Source: Carcharhinus longimanus
Taxonomy: Eukaryota
Length of the DNA: 64,000 nucleotides
Assembly (NCBI GenBank): GCA_030264375.1
Contig: JASCQW010000190.1
Coordinates: forward strand, 35,696,279-35,760,278
Reading direction: 5' to 3'
Part shown: positions 1 to 11,939 of the stretch, one piece after another
How the letters are laid out: each line of letters begins with the position of its first letter
Position numbering within the stretch: position 1 is the first letter of the stretch
The notes under the pieces: model-generated
The model's input: only the letters and a program-made list of their open reading frames with translations
Databases searched by the model: none
What the model was told of the DNA's origin: nothing
Program-made: the position numbers and the translations under genes

Positions 1-130
1 GGAGGAAACCCACGCAGACACAGAGAGAATGTGCAGACTCCACACAGACAGTGATCCAAGCCGGGAATTGAGCCTGGGTTCCTGGTGCTGTGAGGCAGCA
101 GTGCTAACCAGTGTGCCATCATGCCACCCT
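1..130 (-). mobile_element. HE1/V-SINE, 5' portion (cut by window edge)
   Basis: Reverse complement matches the tRNA-derived head GGTGGCA..GGTTAGCACTGCTGCCTCACAGC..GGGTTTCCTCC shared by the other copies in the window. Confidence 0.9.
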
Positions 131-169
131 ACTTGACTTAACAGATGGTGAATTTTCATTAGTGACCTT

Positions 170-790
170 TCTTCCATGATAAAGTTGGAATTGGGGATGT
201 TTCCTCGTGTTTGCACAACGTTCGCTACCATTTGCAACTCCTCAGATGCTGAAACATTCCCTGTTCTTCTGCGGCAAAACCTGAACAACATTCAGGTTTG
301 GGCTGGTAATTGGCAAGTTACATCCAGACCACACAAGTGCCAAGCAATAACCATCTCCAACCAGGGAGAATCCAAACATCCCTCCTTCACATTCAATGAC
401 ATTACATTGCTGAATTTCACTCTATCAACATTCTGGGGTTTGCCATTGACCAGAAGCTGAATTGGAATAGTCAAATAAATACTCTGGCTACAAAAGCAGG
501 TCAGAGGCTAGGAATTCTGCAGAGAATATCTCACCTTCTCATTCCCCAAAGCCTGTTCACCATCTACAAGACATAAGCCCAAGAGTGTAATGGAACACTT
601 ACCTGGATTAGGGCACCTGCAGCTCAAAAGAAGCATGACACCACCCAGGACAAAGCAGCCCTGCTTTGGCATCCCATCCGCCATCTTAAACATTCACTTG
701 CTGTACCACTGACACACAGTGGCACAGTCTGCACTGTCTACAAGGTGAACTGCAACAAATCACCAAAGCTCCTTTGACAACATCCTCCTG
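170..790 (+). mobile_element. Decayed non-LTR retrotransposon, RT C-terminal region (clade uncertain)
   Basis: ORF 176-460 reads 'LRQNLNNIQVWAGNWQVTSRPHKCQAITIS', a typical post-YADD LINE RT motif; frameshifted downstream. Confidence 0.75.
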
Positions 791-916
791 GGGCCTCCTC
801 TATCTTTGCCAGTTCAGATTTTAAAATGTATTCTGTATGCTTCAGTTCTGGCTTCCAGCTCTTTTTAAAGCTTGTTTATTTCTCACTGAGTCCATAGCCA
901 GGCTTACCCAATCAAA

Positions 917-1263
917 GGGAGGCGGTGGCATAGTGGTATTGTTATTGGTCTAGTAATTTAGAGACCCATGGTAATGCTCTGGGTATCCAGGTTTGAATCC
1001 TACCATGTCAGATGGTGACATTTGCGTTGAATAAAAATCTGGAATTAGAAGTCTAATGATGACCATGAAACCATTGTTGATTGTCGTAAAACCTATCTGG
1101 TTCCGCAGTGTCCTTTGGGAAGGAAATCTGCTGTCCTTACCTGGTCTGGTGTACGTGTGACTCCAGAGCCACAGCAATGTGGTTGGCTCTTAAAATGCCT
1201 TCAGAGATAGGCAATAAATGGTCCAACCAGCGAAGCTCAGATCTCACAAACAAATAAAAAAAA
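917..1263 (+). mobile_element. tRNA-derived SINE, second shark family
   Basis: A-box-like GGTGGCATAGTGG, B-box-like GGTTTGAATCC, tail GGCAATAAATG and A-rich end; second copy at 18222. Confidence 0.8.
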
Positions 1264-1326
1264 GCACTGGGAGCGTCAATAGTCAACAGACCATCATAAT
1301 CAAACACAGAACAACTGAACACTATC

Positions 1327-1426
1327 NNNNNNNNNNNNNNNNNNNNNNNNNNNNNNNNNNNNNNNNNNNNNNNNNNNNNNNNNNNNNNNNNNNNNNNNNN
1401 NNNNNNNNNNNNNNNNNNNNNNNNNN
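1327..1426. other. Assembly gap (others at about 33105, 40689-40788, 46131-46315, 56528, 60469, 61082, 62424-62523)
   Basis: Runs of N; most lie within or beside repeats. Confidence 1.
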
Positions 1427-2410
1427 GACGTCCCAACTCCTGTATTCAGTGTTCTGACCGATGAAACCAAGCATGCTGAATGCCTTCTTCACCACTCTGT
1501 CCATCTGTGACTTCACTTTCAAGGAGCTATGAACCTGTACCCCTAGATCTCTTTGTTCGATAAATCTCCCCAATGCCCAATCATTAACTGAGTAAGTCCT
1601 GCCCTGGTTCAGTCCACCAAAATGCATCACCTTGCATTTATCTAAATTAAACTCCTTCTGCCATTCATCAGCCCATTGGCCCAATTGATCAAGATCCCAT
1701 TTCAATCCTAGATAACCTTCACTGTCCACTATGCCACCAATCTTGGTGTCATCTGCAAACTTACTAGCCATGCCTCCAAGAGTCTCATCCAAACCATTAA
1801 TATAAATGGCAAATAACAGTGGGCGCAGCACTGATCCCTGAGGCACTCCGCTGGTCACAGGCCTCCAGTTTGGAAACAACTCTCTACAACAACCTCTGTC
1901 TTCTGTCATCAAGCCAATTTTGTATCCAGTTGGCTACTTCACCTTGGATCCTATGAGATTTAACCTTATGCAACAACCTACCATGTGGTACCTTGTCAAT
2001 CCATGTAGACAATGTTGACTGCACTGCCCTCATCTACCTTCTTGGTTATGCCTTCAAAAAACTCAACCAAATTTGTAAGACATGATTTTCCACTCACAAA
2101 GCCATGCTGACTTTCCCTAATCAGATCTTGCTTCTCTAAATGTAACCAGTCCCTTTTGAACAGGTCAGCCCTTCCCCAAAAGAGCTCTCAATGATCCACA
2201 AATCTAAATCCTTGCCCCCTGCACCAGCTCTCAAGCCATGCATTTATCTGCCTAATCTCCTATTCCTACTCTCACCAGCACCTGGCACCAGCAGTAGTCC
2301 AGAAATGACAACCTTTGTGGTCCTGCACTTCAGCATTCAGCCTAATTCTCTATATTCATCCTTCAGGCCCTCATCTCTTTTCCTACCTATGCTGTCGGTA
2401 CCAATGACAA
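1427..2410 (-). mobile_element. CR1 (HER1-like) LINE fragment including RT
   Basis: ORF 1322-1912 has 'VTSGVPQGSVLRPLLFAIYINGLD..SKFADDTKIGG', the CR1 RT signature; truncated by N-gap. Confidence 0.92.
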
Positions 2411-2414
2411 TGGT

Positions 2415-2842
2415 GCCAGAAGACAGTACTGGATCAAGCTAGAGTCCCAGGCTAGCCACACTGACCCCCACCGACTATGGCAAGGTCTGCAAGACATAAC
2501 AGGCTACAAGATGAAGGCATGTAAAATCGCTGGCTCCAAAACACCCCTCCCTGACGAGCTCAGTGCATTTTATGTCCCAATTGAGCAAGAGGTCAGGGAG
2601 AGCACCTCCACCCTGGAAGCCTTGGATGGACCTGTATCTGAGGTCACCATTGCAGATGTCAAAGCAACTTTCTCAAAGGTCAACCTACGGAAAGCAACTG
2701 GATCAGATGGGGTATCATGACAAGCACTCAGATCCTGTAGGGATTAGCTGGCGAGGGTATTTGCAGACATCTTCAATCTCTCTTTACAACAATCTAAGGT
2801 CCCTATCTGCTTCAAGAAGACAACCATCATCCTGGTACCTAA
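2415..2842 (+). mobile_element. Rex1/Babar LINE ORF2 fragment
   Basis: 'LPDELSAFY..VTIADVKATFSKVNLRKATGSDG' and downstream 'FKKTTIILVPK', typical pre-RT motifs. Confidence 0.8.
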
Positions 2843-2854
2843 GCAGTGTGCCTT

Positions 2855-3240
2855 AAGGTTGAGGGGAGACCTGATAGAAGCCTACAAGATAATGAGAGGC
2901 ATGGACAGAGTGGATAGTCAGAAGCTTTTTCCCAGGGTGGAAGAATCAATTACTAGGGAGCATAGGTTTAAGATGCGAAGGGCAAGAGTTAAAGGAGATG
3001 TACGATGCAAGTTTTTTTCAGAGGGTGGTGAATGCCTGGAACTCGCTGTCGGGGAAGGTAGTGGAAGCAGATATGATAGTGAGTTTTAAGGGACGTTTTG
3101 ACAAGTAAGCAAATAGGATAGGAATAGAGGGATATGGTACCCAGAAGAATAGGGGGTTTTAATTAAGTCGGGCAGCATGGTCGGTGCAGATTTGGAGGGC
3201 CGAAGGCCCTGTTCCTGTGCTGTAATTTTCTTTGTTCTTA
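2855..3240 (+). mobile_element. CR1 LINE 3' end
   Basis: 'RGDLIEAYKIMRGMDRVDSQKLFPRVEESITREHRFK' plus tail GGGCCGAAGGCCCTGTTCCTGTGCTGTA. Confidence 0.9.
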
Positions 3241-3262
3241 GTGCCCAGAACTGCTCACAGTA

Positions 3263-3651
3263 TGTCAGGGCCAGAAGTTTATGGGACCCCGGGAGCATGC
3301 TAAGATGGGTGAGGTCATGTCTATCACTTTTCCGAAGGCAGTGTCATATTACCAAAAGCAGGCAAGGTAGCAGGCTCCTCTGTCACCCTCGTGCTAGTTG
3401 AATCCCTTAAGTGGAACTCCATAGTTCCTAGCCTTTCATTTTTTACAAAGTTCTCTGTTCTATCATTTCCACATTGTAGATCGAGTGATCACGTGGATGC
3501 AGGGACTTAAGGGGGTCAGATATCGGGAGTATGGAGTTCTCCTTTGAGCACTTGGAGACACACAGCATGCAAGAACTTCTCGCAGTATTCAATAAATCTT
3601 CATTGTCTACATTCATGGTCATCAGTCATTGCAAACCAATATTTCTAAACA
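3263..3651 (+). mobile_element. Possible solo LTR
   Basis: TGT..ACA termini and AATAAA near 3590; no TSD found. Confidence 0.3.
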
Positions 3652-3982
3652 CTCTTTGCCATTTCTCAGCTTTCCATTTATGGATGATGAATAGGAATTA
3701 ATTAAAGAAGATCAATGGGGAGCTATGCAATAGATGCTTGATTGTTTGCTGCTCTGCTTTGTGTCAGTAGCTTTGGTGGAGGGGAAGAATTATTGCGTGC
3801 CGTTCGGACAATGGTTTACTAATCCAACCTAATGAACCATACAATAGTAAGGCATCTGGATTGGGAGATACTGAGATGCCTCTGGCAGGATCCAATAAGG
3901 ATTCAGGGGCAACTAAGTTGCGAGTGGTTGTCACTTACACAGTCACTAGTAAGACAAGGCCATTAGGTCCAGCAGAGACCGA

Positions 3983-5424
3983 GGGGGCGATTCTCCCAGC
4001 CTGCTGCCGTGAGCCATCAATGGGGGCTGTTTCACGGACTTCCCACTGGGAGCCATGGTCTCTGTGTGCCTCTGCGATAATGTTTTTCGGTGTAATCAGA
4101 TCTGAAAATCAGCACGGAGCTGATTACAATTTGCTAATCGGTATATACATTTCATTAGCGAGTCTGGGACTGAAGTCTCTGGGCCCACTAGCATCTCCTC
4201 CTCTGCTGGGCGTGATTCACACTCTGTGCATCTCAAAATGCCCTAATGGGATTCCCTCTGCAAAGCAGGGGGCAGGGCCTGTTCCCGCCTGAGTGGCTGG
4301 AGCATCGTGTTGAGCAGACAACTGCACATGCGCTGATCTGTTAGCACATGTGCAGTACCAGTACCAGGACTGAGATTTACACAGGCTGGTGCTACCAGCA
4401 TCCCAATTGCTGGCCAATCCTCCATCACCCCCCAGCCCCTCTGAGCCGTGCCCCCCCCCCTCAATCGCTCGACCCTTGAACCTCCCCAGCCAGCTCCAAA
4501 TTCCCCAACCTGCTTCCACGCCCACTCCCCTCCTCCCCAACCCCCCCACCTGGAGTTTACAACAGCTTCCCACTAAAGGGGAACAGGTGGCCTGACCCTG
4601 CTGGAGGGAACAGAGGCTATCTAGGCCCCCCCAGAAGGTCAGGGGTAAGAAGGGGTGCCCCTGGGCAGTGCCAGTCTAGCAGTCCAGCCTGGTCGACTTG
4701 CACTGCCTGAGGGGCAAACTGGCAATGCCCAAGGGGTACTTTGGCACTGCCCATTGGGTAGTGGGCGGTGCCAAGGGAGCTGGGCCAGAAAGGGACAGGG
4801 CCTCTTCGGGGATGATCAGTGGGGTCCTGCTGTCATTCTGCATTGGGATCAGTGGCAGACGGAGGGAGGACAGCAATCATAGTTGGCCATCCAGGTGAGG
4901 GGAGGTGGGCGCAGCTGTCAGGGCATTGGGACTGTCGGGGGAAGTGGGGGTTGGCACTGTCAGGGGGAAGTGGGGATTGGGGGATCGGGAGATCGGAGCT
5001 AGCTGGGAGGGGGTGTTGGGGAGAGAGGGCAGGGTGAGTGGAGTGGATTGGGAACTTTGGAGCTGGCTGGGGAGGCCCAAGAGTCCAGCGATTGGAGGGG
5101 TCAGAGGAGCAGTAAAGGGGGAATTTTAGGGTTAGCCAGCGATTGGAAGGCTGGTAATACCAGCCTGTGTAAATCACAGTGCTGGTACTGCGCATATGCT
5201 GACAGGTTGGTGCATGTGTAGTTGCCTGCTCAGTGCTATGGTGCCGGCCACTCGGGCGGGAACAGACCCTGCCCCCTGCTTTGCAGAGGAAATCCCATTA
5301 GGGCATTTTGTAACACACAGAGCGTGAGAGATTCATTCTGAAAATCGCACTGAAAAAGTGATGTGATTATTCCCTTCTTCAAGCGAATTTGGGATTTAGA
5401 ATTTTTTTGGGAGAATTCTGGCCC
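3983..5424. mobile_element. Foldback/MITE-like non-autonomous element with long internal inverted repeats
   Basis: Termini GGGGGCGATTCTCCCA / TGGGAGAATTCTGGCCC; arms about 4217-4420 and 5129-5330 are reverse complements; C-rich then G-rich interior. Confidence 0.75.
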
Positions 5425-6359
5425 ACATCTTCTTCTAAGGGCTGCAGATGACTGCCATCACCTGATGTGGCAACCTGACCCTCTGGAAGTGCTCCTGTTC
5501 TGCTAAGCGAAGGAAGTTTAGCCTCTAACAGTGCACCCTGTTTTACGGCTAGTGATTCCCTTGAACTGCACCTCTCTTCTGCTCTCCTATCTCCTGCTGC
5601 AGGCCTGTCAACTGTTGCTGCTTCTGACTTCTAGAGACAATCACATTCTTGTTGAATGTAACTATGCCACCACCCAACAATATCCCCTGAACCACCCCAA
5701 CACCCACTATGCCTAATCCACTCACTCTTCCATTTTAAAAATCATCATCACTGCCTGCTAATCTTTATTAGTTAATATATTTAAGTTAATATCTAACAAT
5801 CAAACATTTTGACATTATTAGTATTTTAACAAAAGCAATAAAAGAAATAATGCTCATTTACGATAATATCCTATGGAATACACACAAATAAAATAAAATT
5901 ATGTCGCTGGTTCCATTCATTAATCAGCAATACAGATGAACAAGGTTCCGTTGAAGCTATTTTTTAAAATCAGGTTTATTCAAATTATCAAGCATTGAAT
6001 CAAGTGAAGGACAGAAATGTTCCCATTTCATCACAGGGGCAAAAACTGACTCAATCATCAAGCTAGATTGGTGTAAAGTAAACCAGATTGGAAAAATGCA
6101 TGTGAGCAAATAGGAAGAATGCAACACTGGGCCACTGCTGCTCTCAGGATTGTATCACAGCACGAGCCACTGGCTACTGGAGAGATAGAATAAGGGGCAT
6201 CAGCTGGGGAAGAAATAAGAAGAGCATTTCTGTAATTCCGCTGAAATCAAGTAGAAATATGCACCTCTTGGCTTTTCATCCCAGAAGTGAATACAGTTTT
6301 CCTGAGGATTGCATCTGGAAATAAAGTGAAGGTGATTTCAAAATGTTAATTTTGGTAAT

Positions 6360-6745
6360 GGCAGCCTCCAGTCTCGTAAAACCATATGTCGTGGTGGTCA
6401 ACCCTGTATTAAGCATTGCCTGGGGTTGCTCAGGAGCCTCTCTCTGACATGTAGTCTCAGTCACACTTGCTGCAGAGGGAGACAGTGGGCTGAGAACGTG
6501 TAGGATTCGTTGACCTCTGTTTGCTCTGGACCTACTTCTCCACCAGCTGAGCTTTTTGTTCCTGCTCGTCTCTCCCAATGCCTCTCTTAGCAGTCGGCCT
6601 CCAGAGGTCAGGCCTATGAGTGACTGTCTGCAAGTTGGTAGCATCAATGTCTGCCACTCCATACCTCACTTGCAGGTGTCCTTGACACAGAGTTCGGACA
6701 TCCAAGACATTGTGATCCAGTAGTCAGTTCACCATATAGAAGGAT
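6360..6745 (-). mobile_element. Decayed RTE-like LINE 3' fragment
   Basis: Minus-strand reading resembles the RTE ORF2 C-terminal region, degenerate. Confidence 0.5.
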
Positions 6746-6875
6746 TTTAGGTATGCAGTCATATAAATTAACTTTATGGATAGCAATATTGATCAAACGT
6801 AAAGCTACAATATTTCTGCACATGTATGAAATTGAGCCCAGGATCTTCCTGATATGAAGTCAAAACTCACACACC

Positions 6876-7010
6876 GGACAGGACTTCCCGTTCCCGCCCG
6901 CCTTAAGACGGAAATTCCTGCCTGAATTCAACAGACCTTTTGCAATCTGTCAAATAATCCATCCCACCTGCAACAATTCCTGCAGTGTGTCGGACTGGAA
7001 GATTTAAGCC
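6876..7010. mobile_element. Short palindromic MITE-like repeat
   Basis: Imperfect TIRs GGACAGGACTTCCCG..CTGGAAGATTTAAGCC; similar to the start of the element at 55792. Confidence 0.5.
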
Positions 7011-7085
7011 ACTGAATAAATTTGCTGATGTTCAAGGAAAGCATGGAAAAATGTTTTGAGGAGTGTGCATTTATCTAATAATAAT

Positions 7086-7370
7086 GGGTGGCACAGTAGC
7101 ACAATGGTTAGCACTGCTGCCTCACAGCACTAAGAACCTGGGTTTGATTCCCGGCTCGGGTCACTATCTGTGTGGAGTTTGCATGTCCTCCCTGTGCCTG
7201 CATGGGTTTCCTCCAGGTGCTCCAGTTTCCTCCCAATTTCTGAAAGACGTGCTGGTTAGGTGCATTGACTCGAACAGGCACTGGACTGTGGCGACTAGGG
7301 AAATTTCACAGTAGCTTCATTGCAGCGTTAATGTAAGCCTTATTTGTGACTAATGAATAAACTTTACTTT
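7086..7370 (+). mobile_element. V-SINE, tail type B
   Basis: Canonical head plus tail GGCGACTAGG..TTCACAGTA.CTTCATTGCAG..TGTGAC..AATAAACTTT. Confidence 0.92.
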
Positions 7371-8131
7371 ATCTTGGGGTTTCCAGGTCACTGTCAAACT
7401 TTGCAAAGCTGAGTACTCAGTTGGAATGTCCAGTGTTGTTTATATTAACTCATGCTCCCCAACAGTCTAATTCAGTGATCACTTCATTCTGAACTAGACT
7501 ATTTAATCTTTTGCACATGGATAGTGTTTCAATTTATTGAAAACTTAATGCACAGTATGTACAATCATGTTACTCTCACCAGTGTGTTACTCTTTTTATT
7601 CTCATTACTGGATCCTTAGGGAGGTGAACTAAGCAATTAAGTGAAAAAGAAGATTGTCCGCAACCGTTGAACAGTCTTTTGTTCACTCCAATCTGTTTTA
7701 ATTGATTGTTAAAAGTCAGCTTCTTCTGTATGTCTGTGTCTTCCCCTCATGGTGGAGCTGTGAGACAATTGTACAGTGACCTGCTTCGAAATAAATTTAG
7801 TCAGCTCTGGATCCCTACAGATATGACAAACGAGAATGTACTAAAATCAAAGAAGGAAAGATCACAGGAGTCAAATTAAATGAAATTTGGATAATCCGGC
7901 CTGATGGAGCCTGTCTTATTCTTAAAAATGGTAAAAAGTAAACTTGGTAATTGGCTGAAAACAATTGCAAAAGCGTGGTATTACTTTAAAACAAAGGCAA
8001 AAAGAAATACCTGCTGTTTAATAATCATCAAAAACAATGTTTTTCCTTTTTTTATCCTTTTCTAATTAGCTGCCTTCAACATGCTGACTCATGTTTGTTT
8101 TGTGGTCCAAGAACACCAGCAGCCCTCCTAT

Positions 8132-8412
8132 GGCATGGTGATACAGTGGTTAGCATTGCTGCCTCACAATGCCAGGAACCCAGGTTTAATTCCCGGCTTG
8201 GGTCACTGTCTGTGCAGAGTCTGCACATTCTCCCCATGTCTGTGTGGGTTTCCTCCCACAATCCAAAGGATGTACTGGTTAGGTGCATCGGCTAAATTCT
8301 CCCTCAATGTACCCGTACAGGTGCCGCAGTGTGGTGATTAGGGGATTTTCACAATAACTTCATTGCAGGTTTAATGTAAGCCTACTTGTGACACTAATAA
8401 ATAAACTTAAAC
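8132..8412 (+). mobile_element. V-SINE, tail type B
   Basis: Same head and tail as the 7086 copy. Confidence 0.92.
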
Positions 8413-9463
8413 ATTCTCCCATGCACAATCCTGCATTGGAATAATCATCCCTCTTGATCGAGCTTTTAACATTAATGCTAATTTTGTTGTAAAATTGTAA
8501 ATTAATGTTGAAGATTTAAACGCTGTTTATTGTGCATCTCAGCGACATGGGATTTTCTTCATGTTTCCCTAGAAGTGAGTATTGGAAACTTATTTGACCA
8601 TGAGGGGCGTTAATCCTGTTACTATCCTTATTTGATTTCAAAGCAAGGATTGCTGGACAGCGGTTCACAGTAAAACCCCCTTCTGATTTCTCCTATCCTA
8701 ACACATTAAAGCTGAGGAATTGTATTTCCATCACGACAGATATAGTTGAAATCAGCCAACTGAACACAATAAAAAATTTTCTCATCTGGGCAAGCTGGTA
8801 TCGTAAATAGCATATCTGTTCATTGCCCCTTTGGGTAGCTCTACAGTTATCCACCATCCGCATTAGTTTTTAAAATATTAAATAATATGAATAAGACAAA
8901 TATATTTTTCTACTATTAGTTGTAACTTTTAAAAGAGATCAAACATAAGAAAATCAAAGCAAAATACAACATTCAAAACAGCCTGTTGGACTGATGAAGA
9001 ATATAATGAGGTTTACTCCACATGATTCATCTGGTCTAATCCAAATCTCCTGCTTGCTCTCTTTGCTCTTTGATATTACTCTGCTTTTAACACTAAACAT
9101 ATTCCATCAATGCAAGTTATTGTGTATCAAACAACTACCCAAATCTCTTTGAAAATATTTTATGGAATTTAGTTTCCAGGTTGCAACTTTCTTTTGCACA
9201 AAGAATTATTTATCCAAACTTCCTCTTTCATTTATTTATTTTTACCTTACATTTGTACTCTTTGAATACAATTCCCTTGAGCAGTGGGAATAATTCATTA
9301 TTACATTCATAAACTTTATTGGAACGTCTGTTAGCAACCTCAGCTCTTGTGAACATCTTAAGGCCCTTTCTATATCTATAATTCCATCATTCTTGGTAGC
9401 AGTGCAATTTTAATTTTTCTGTTAAATGTTCTTTTGTATTACATGCTACCTGAAGATGTAGTT

Positions 9464-9942
9464 TTGATTTTGATTTGATTTGATTTATTATTGTCACATG
9501 CATTGGTACAATGAAAAGTATTGTTTCTTGCTATATAGACAAAGAAATCATTCATAGAGAAGGAAAGGAGTGAGTGCAGAATGTCGTGTTCCATTCACAG
9601 CTAGGGTATAGAGAAAGATCAACTAAATATGAGGTAGGTCCATTCAGAAGTCTGATGGCAGCAGGGAAAAAACTGTTCTTAAGTCAGTTGGTCTGTGATC
9701 TCAGATTTTTGTCTCTTTTTCACAACGGAAGAAGGTGGAAGAGAGAATGCCTGGGGTGCATGGGGTCCTTAATTATGCTGGCTGCTTTTCCAAGGCATTG
9801 GAAAGTGTAGACAGTGTCAATGGGTGGGAGGCAGGTTTGTGTGATGGACTGGGCTACGTTTGTGAACCTTTGTAGTTTCTTACAGTTTTGGTCAAAGCAG
9901 GAGCCATACTATCCAGAAAGGGTGCTTTCTATGGTGCATCTG
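9464..9942 (-). mobile_element. Rex1/Babar LINE 3' end
   Basis: (TTTGA)n tail; near-identical to the 30436 copy, which encodes 'IIKDPTHPRHS..LLPSGKRYKSL'. Confidence 0.88.
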
Positions 9943-10028
9943 CACACCAGTTTGAAATTAATGATTTCAATAGGAACCATTGCCAACCAAACTACAGGAT
10001 GGAAACTGGGAATTCAAATCAATCCTTT

Positions 10029-10230
10029 GGGCGGGACTTTTCAACCCCCACCATGGCGTGTTTTCTGTCAGTACAAACAGCTAATCATTGGCCACTGCTG
10101 GGATCTCTTCGTCCCACTGATGCCTCCAGTGTTTTCACCGGGGAACCCATGATGAGAAGGCAGGGGAGGTGGGTTGCCTTCAGTGGGACTGGAAGATCCC
10201 AGCGGCGGCAAAGACGGGCAAATTCAGTCC
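10029..10230. mobile_element. GGGC..GCCC-type MITE-like repeat
   Basis: Termini GGGCGGGACTTTTC..AAATTCAGTCC; related copies at 10352 and 23739. Confidence 0.6.
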
Positions 10231-10351
10231 AATATTGTCTTTTGTGGTTGCTCTCTCTCAGTTACAAATGTATAGCATGAAGACCTCCATCGGAATGAGC
10301 TATTGAACTGGCCAAGAAGTTCAGTTTTCAGAAAAGGAAAGATATTTTAAT

Positions 10352-10498
10352 TGTGCTACATTTTCCAGTGGCAGAGATGGATTGCCATTGGCCAGCGGTG
10401 GGATCTTACGGCCCCGCTGAAGGTAACGGCATTTTCCATTGCTGCACTGCCAGAGAAACCTGTCGTAAGGGTGGGTGGAGGATCTGGAAATCCTGCCC
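10352..10498. mobile_element. GGGC..GCCC-type MITE-like repeat
   Basis: Ends GGAAATCCTGCCC; internal ATTGGCCAGCGGTGGGATCTT resembles the 10029 copy. Confidence 0.55.
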
Positions 10499-11023
10499 AT
10501 TGCTTTGGCTACTCTTGAAGTAACTCCTTTTTGTGACATACAGGTTTTCATGTTATTAACCAGATTTATTCTTGAAACTACAATTTACAGTAAGAAACTG
10601 TTGTGACACAGCAAAACATATTGATTCACGGTAATTAAAGGTATAGGCAGTCACACTATATGTTTATTGTTAGTGTAAAGTGGTTTTAGCTTTGCACTAA
10701 CCACTAACTCTGTTTAATAAAAGACAGGTGTTAAGGCCCCGCTATGAGGGAGTATCATTTTACTTCATTTCAGTGTCAGGTAGCAGTACTGATACTGGAT
10801 CCAGAAAGTCTCACTGAACTCATTCTTCCATTGTCACGCCCTGAGATCAGATTCACATTGACATGACTCTTATAGTTCATATATATACTTAAAAGTTTAA
10901 TTATGATATTATTCAAAGTAGCTCACACCAATCATTATTCATGCTATGTCATCTTGTAATGTGCATAGGAACATGTGTAGGTTGGATTGATATCAAAAAA
11001 AAGACACAGTGAGAGATGGGGTT

Positions 11024-11336
11024 CATTGAATCCCTACAGTGCAGAAGCAGGCCATTCGGCCCATCGAGTCTTCACCAACCACAATCCCGCCCAGCCCCCA
11101 TCCCTACTTATTTATCCTGGTAGTCCCCCGAAACTAAGGAGAAATTAAGCATGGCCAATCAACCTAACCCGCACATCTTTGGACTGTGGGATGAAACCAG
11201 AGTATCCCGGGGGAAACCCACACAGACACAGGGAGAATGTGCAAACTCCACAGACAGTGACCCACGCTGGGAATCTAACCTGGGTCCCTGGCTCTGTGAG
11301 GTAGCAGTGCTAACCAGTGTGCCACTGTGCCACCCT
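11024..11336 (-). mobile_element. HE1/V-SINE, CR1-type tail A
   Basis: Head plus tail GGGCCGAATGGCCTGCTTCTGCACTGTAGGGATTC (reverse complement). Confidence 0.92.
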
Positions 11337-11939
11337 GATATATCAGTGTGGTGTCAAACTCAGTGAGGATTAGGTTCAATCTTTGCTATGCACTGGAGCT
11401 GTAATGGATGTGCTATATTTGGTCTCTATCCCAGAATAATGAGAGGGAATATCTTGGATCCACTTGCTTTCCAGTGTCTTGCTAGTAGTTCTTTTTGTAT
11501 AAAACAGGTGAGGACATGACTATACATGACAATGTGACCCAGAAATTCAACAGCATCCATTTCTGAACATCTCATTTGCAGAGTTCTGGTAGCCTAGACT
11601 CAAATCAGGAGATCTAGGGAGTCTAGAAATTTGAATCTCCCTTGATTCACTCAACAGTAAGGTTTGTACGTCTGGGGCAGGCAAGTGAGTAATATTGTAA
11701 TGTAAGGGGGGAGTAGATGGGCCTCAGAGGGGGATGCTGGAAGTTGGGAATGAACACTGTGGAAGTTTGCTATTTAACTTGACTATGACTGGGGTGTGGA
11801 GGGGGTGGGGTGTGTGGCACAGGTGCTTGGAATGTAAAGCTGGAGCCCAGGTCGATAGGGGCAGCGGTCCTGGAGATCGGAACTTGAGAATATGGCCAGA
11901 GATTTCAGAATTGAGAGTGGCGAGGATTAAGGTGAGTAC

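Noticed and set aside
4890-5110. G-quadruplex-prone tracts (also about 15720, 38200, 41880, 60410)
   Set aside because: They lie within or beside repeat interiors; no independent evidence of function
7086-7160. tRNA genes at SINE heads
   Set aside because: A/B-box-like motifs run directly into the SINE body; no complete cloverleaf
9464-9490. (TTTGA)n arrays as microsatellites or CRISPR-like repeats
   Set aside because: They are Rex1/Babar 3' tails; no repeat-spacer array exists in the window
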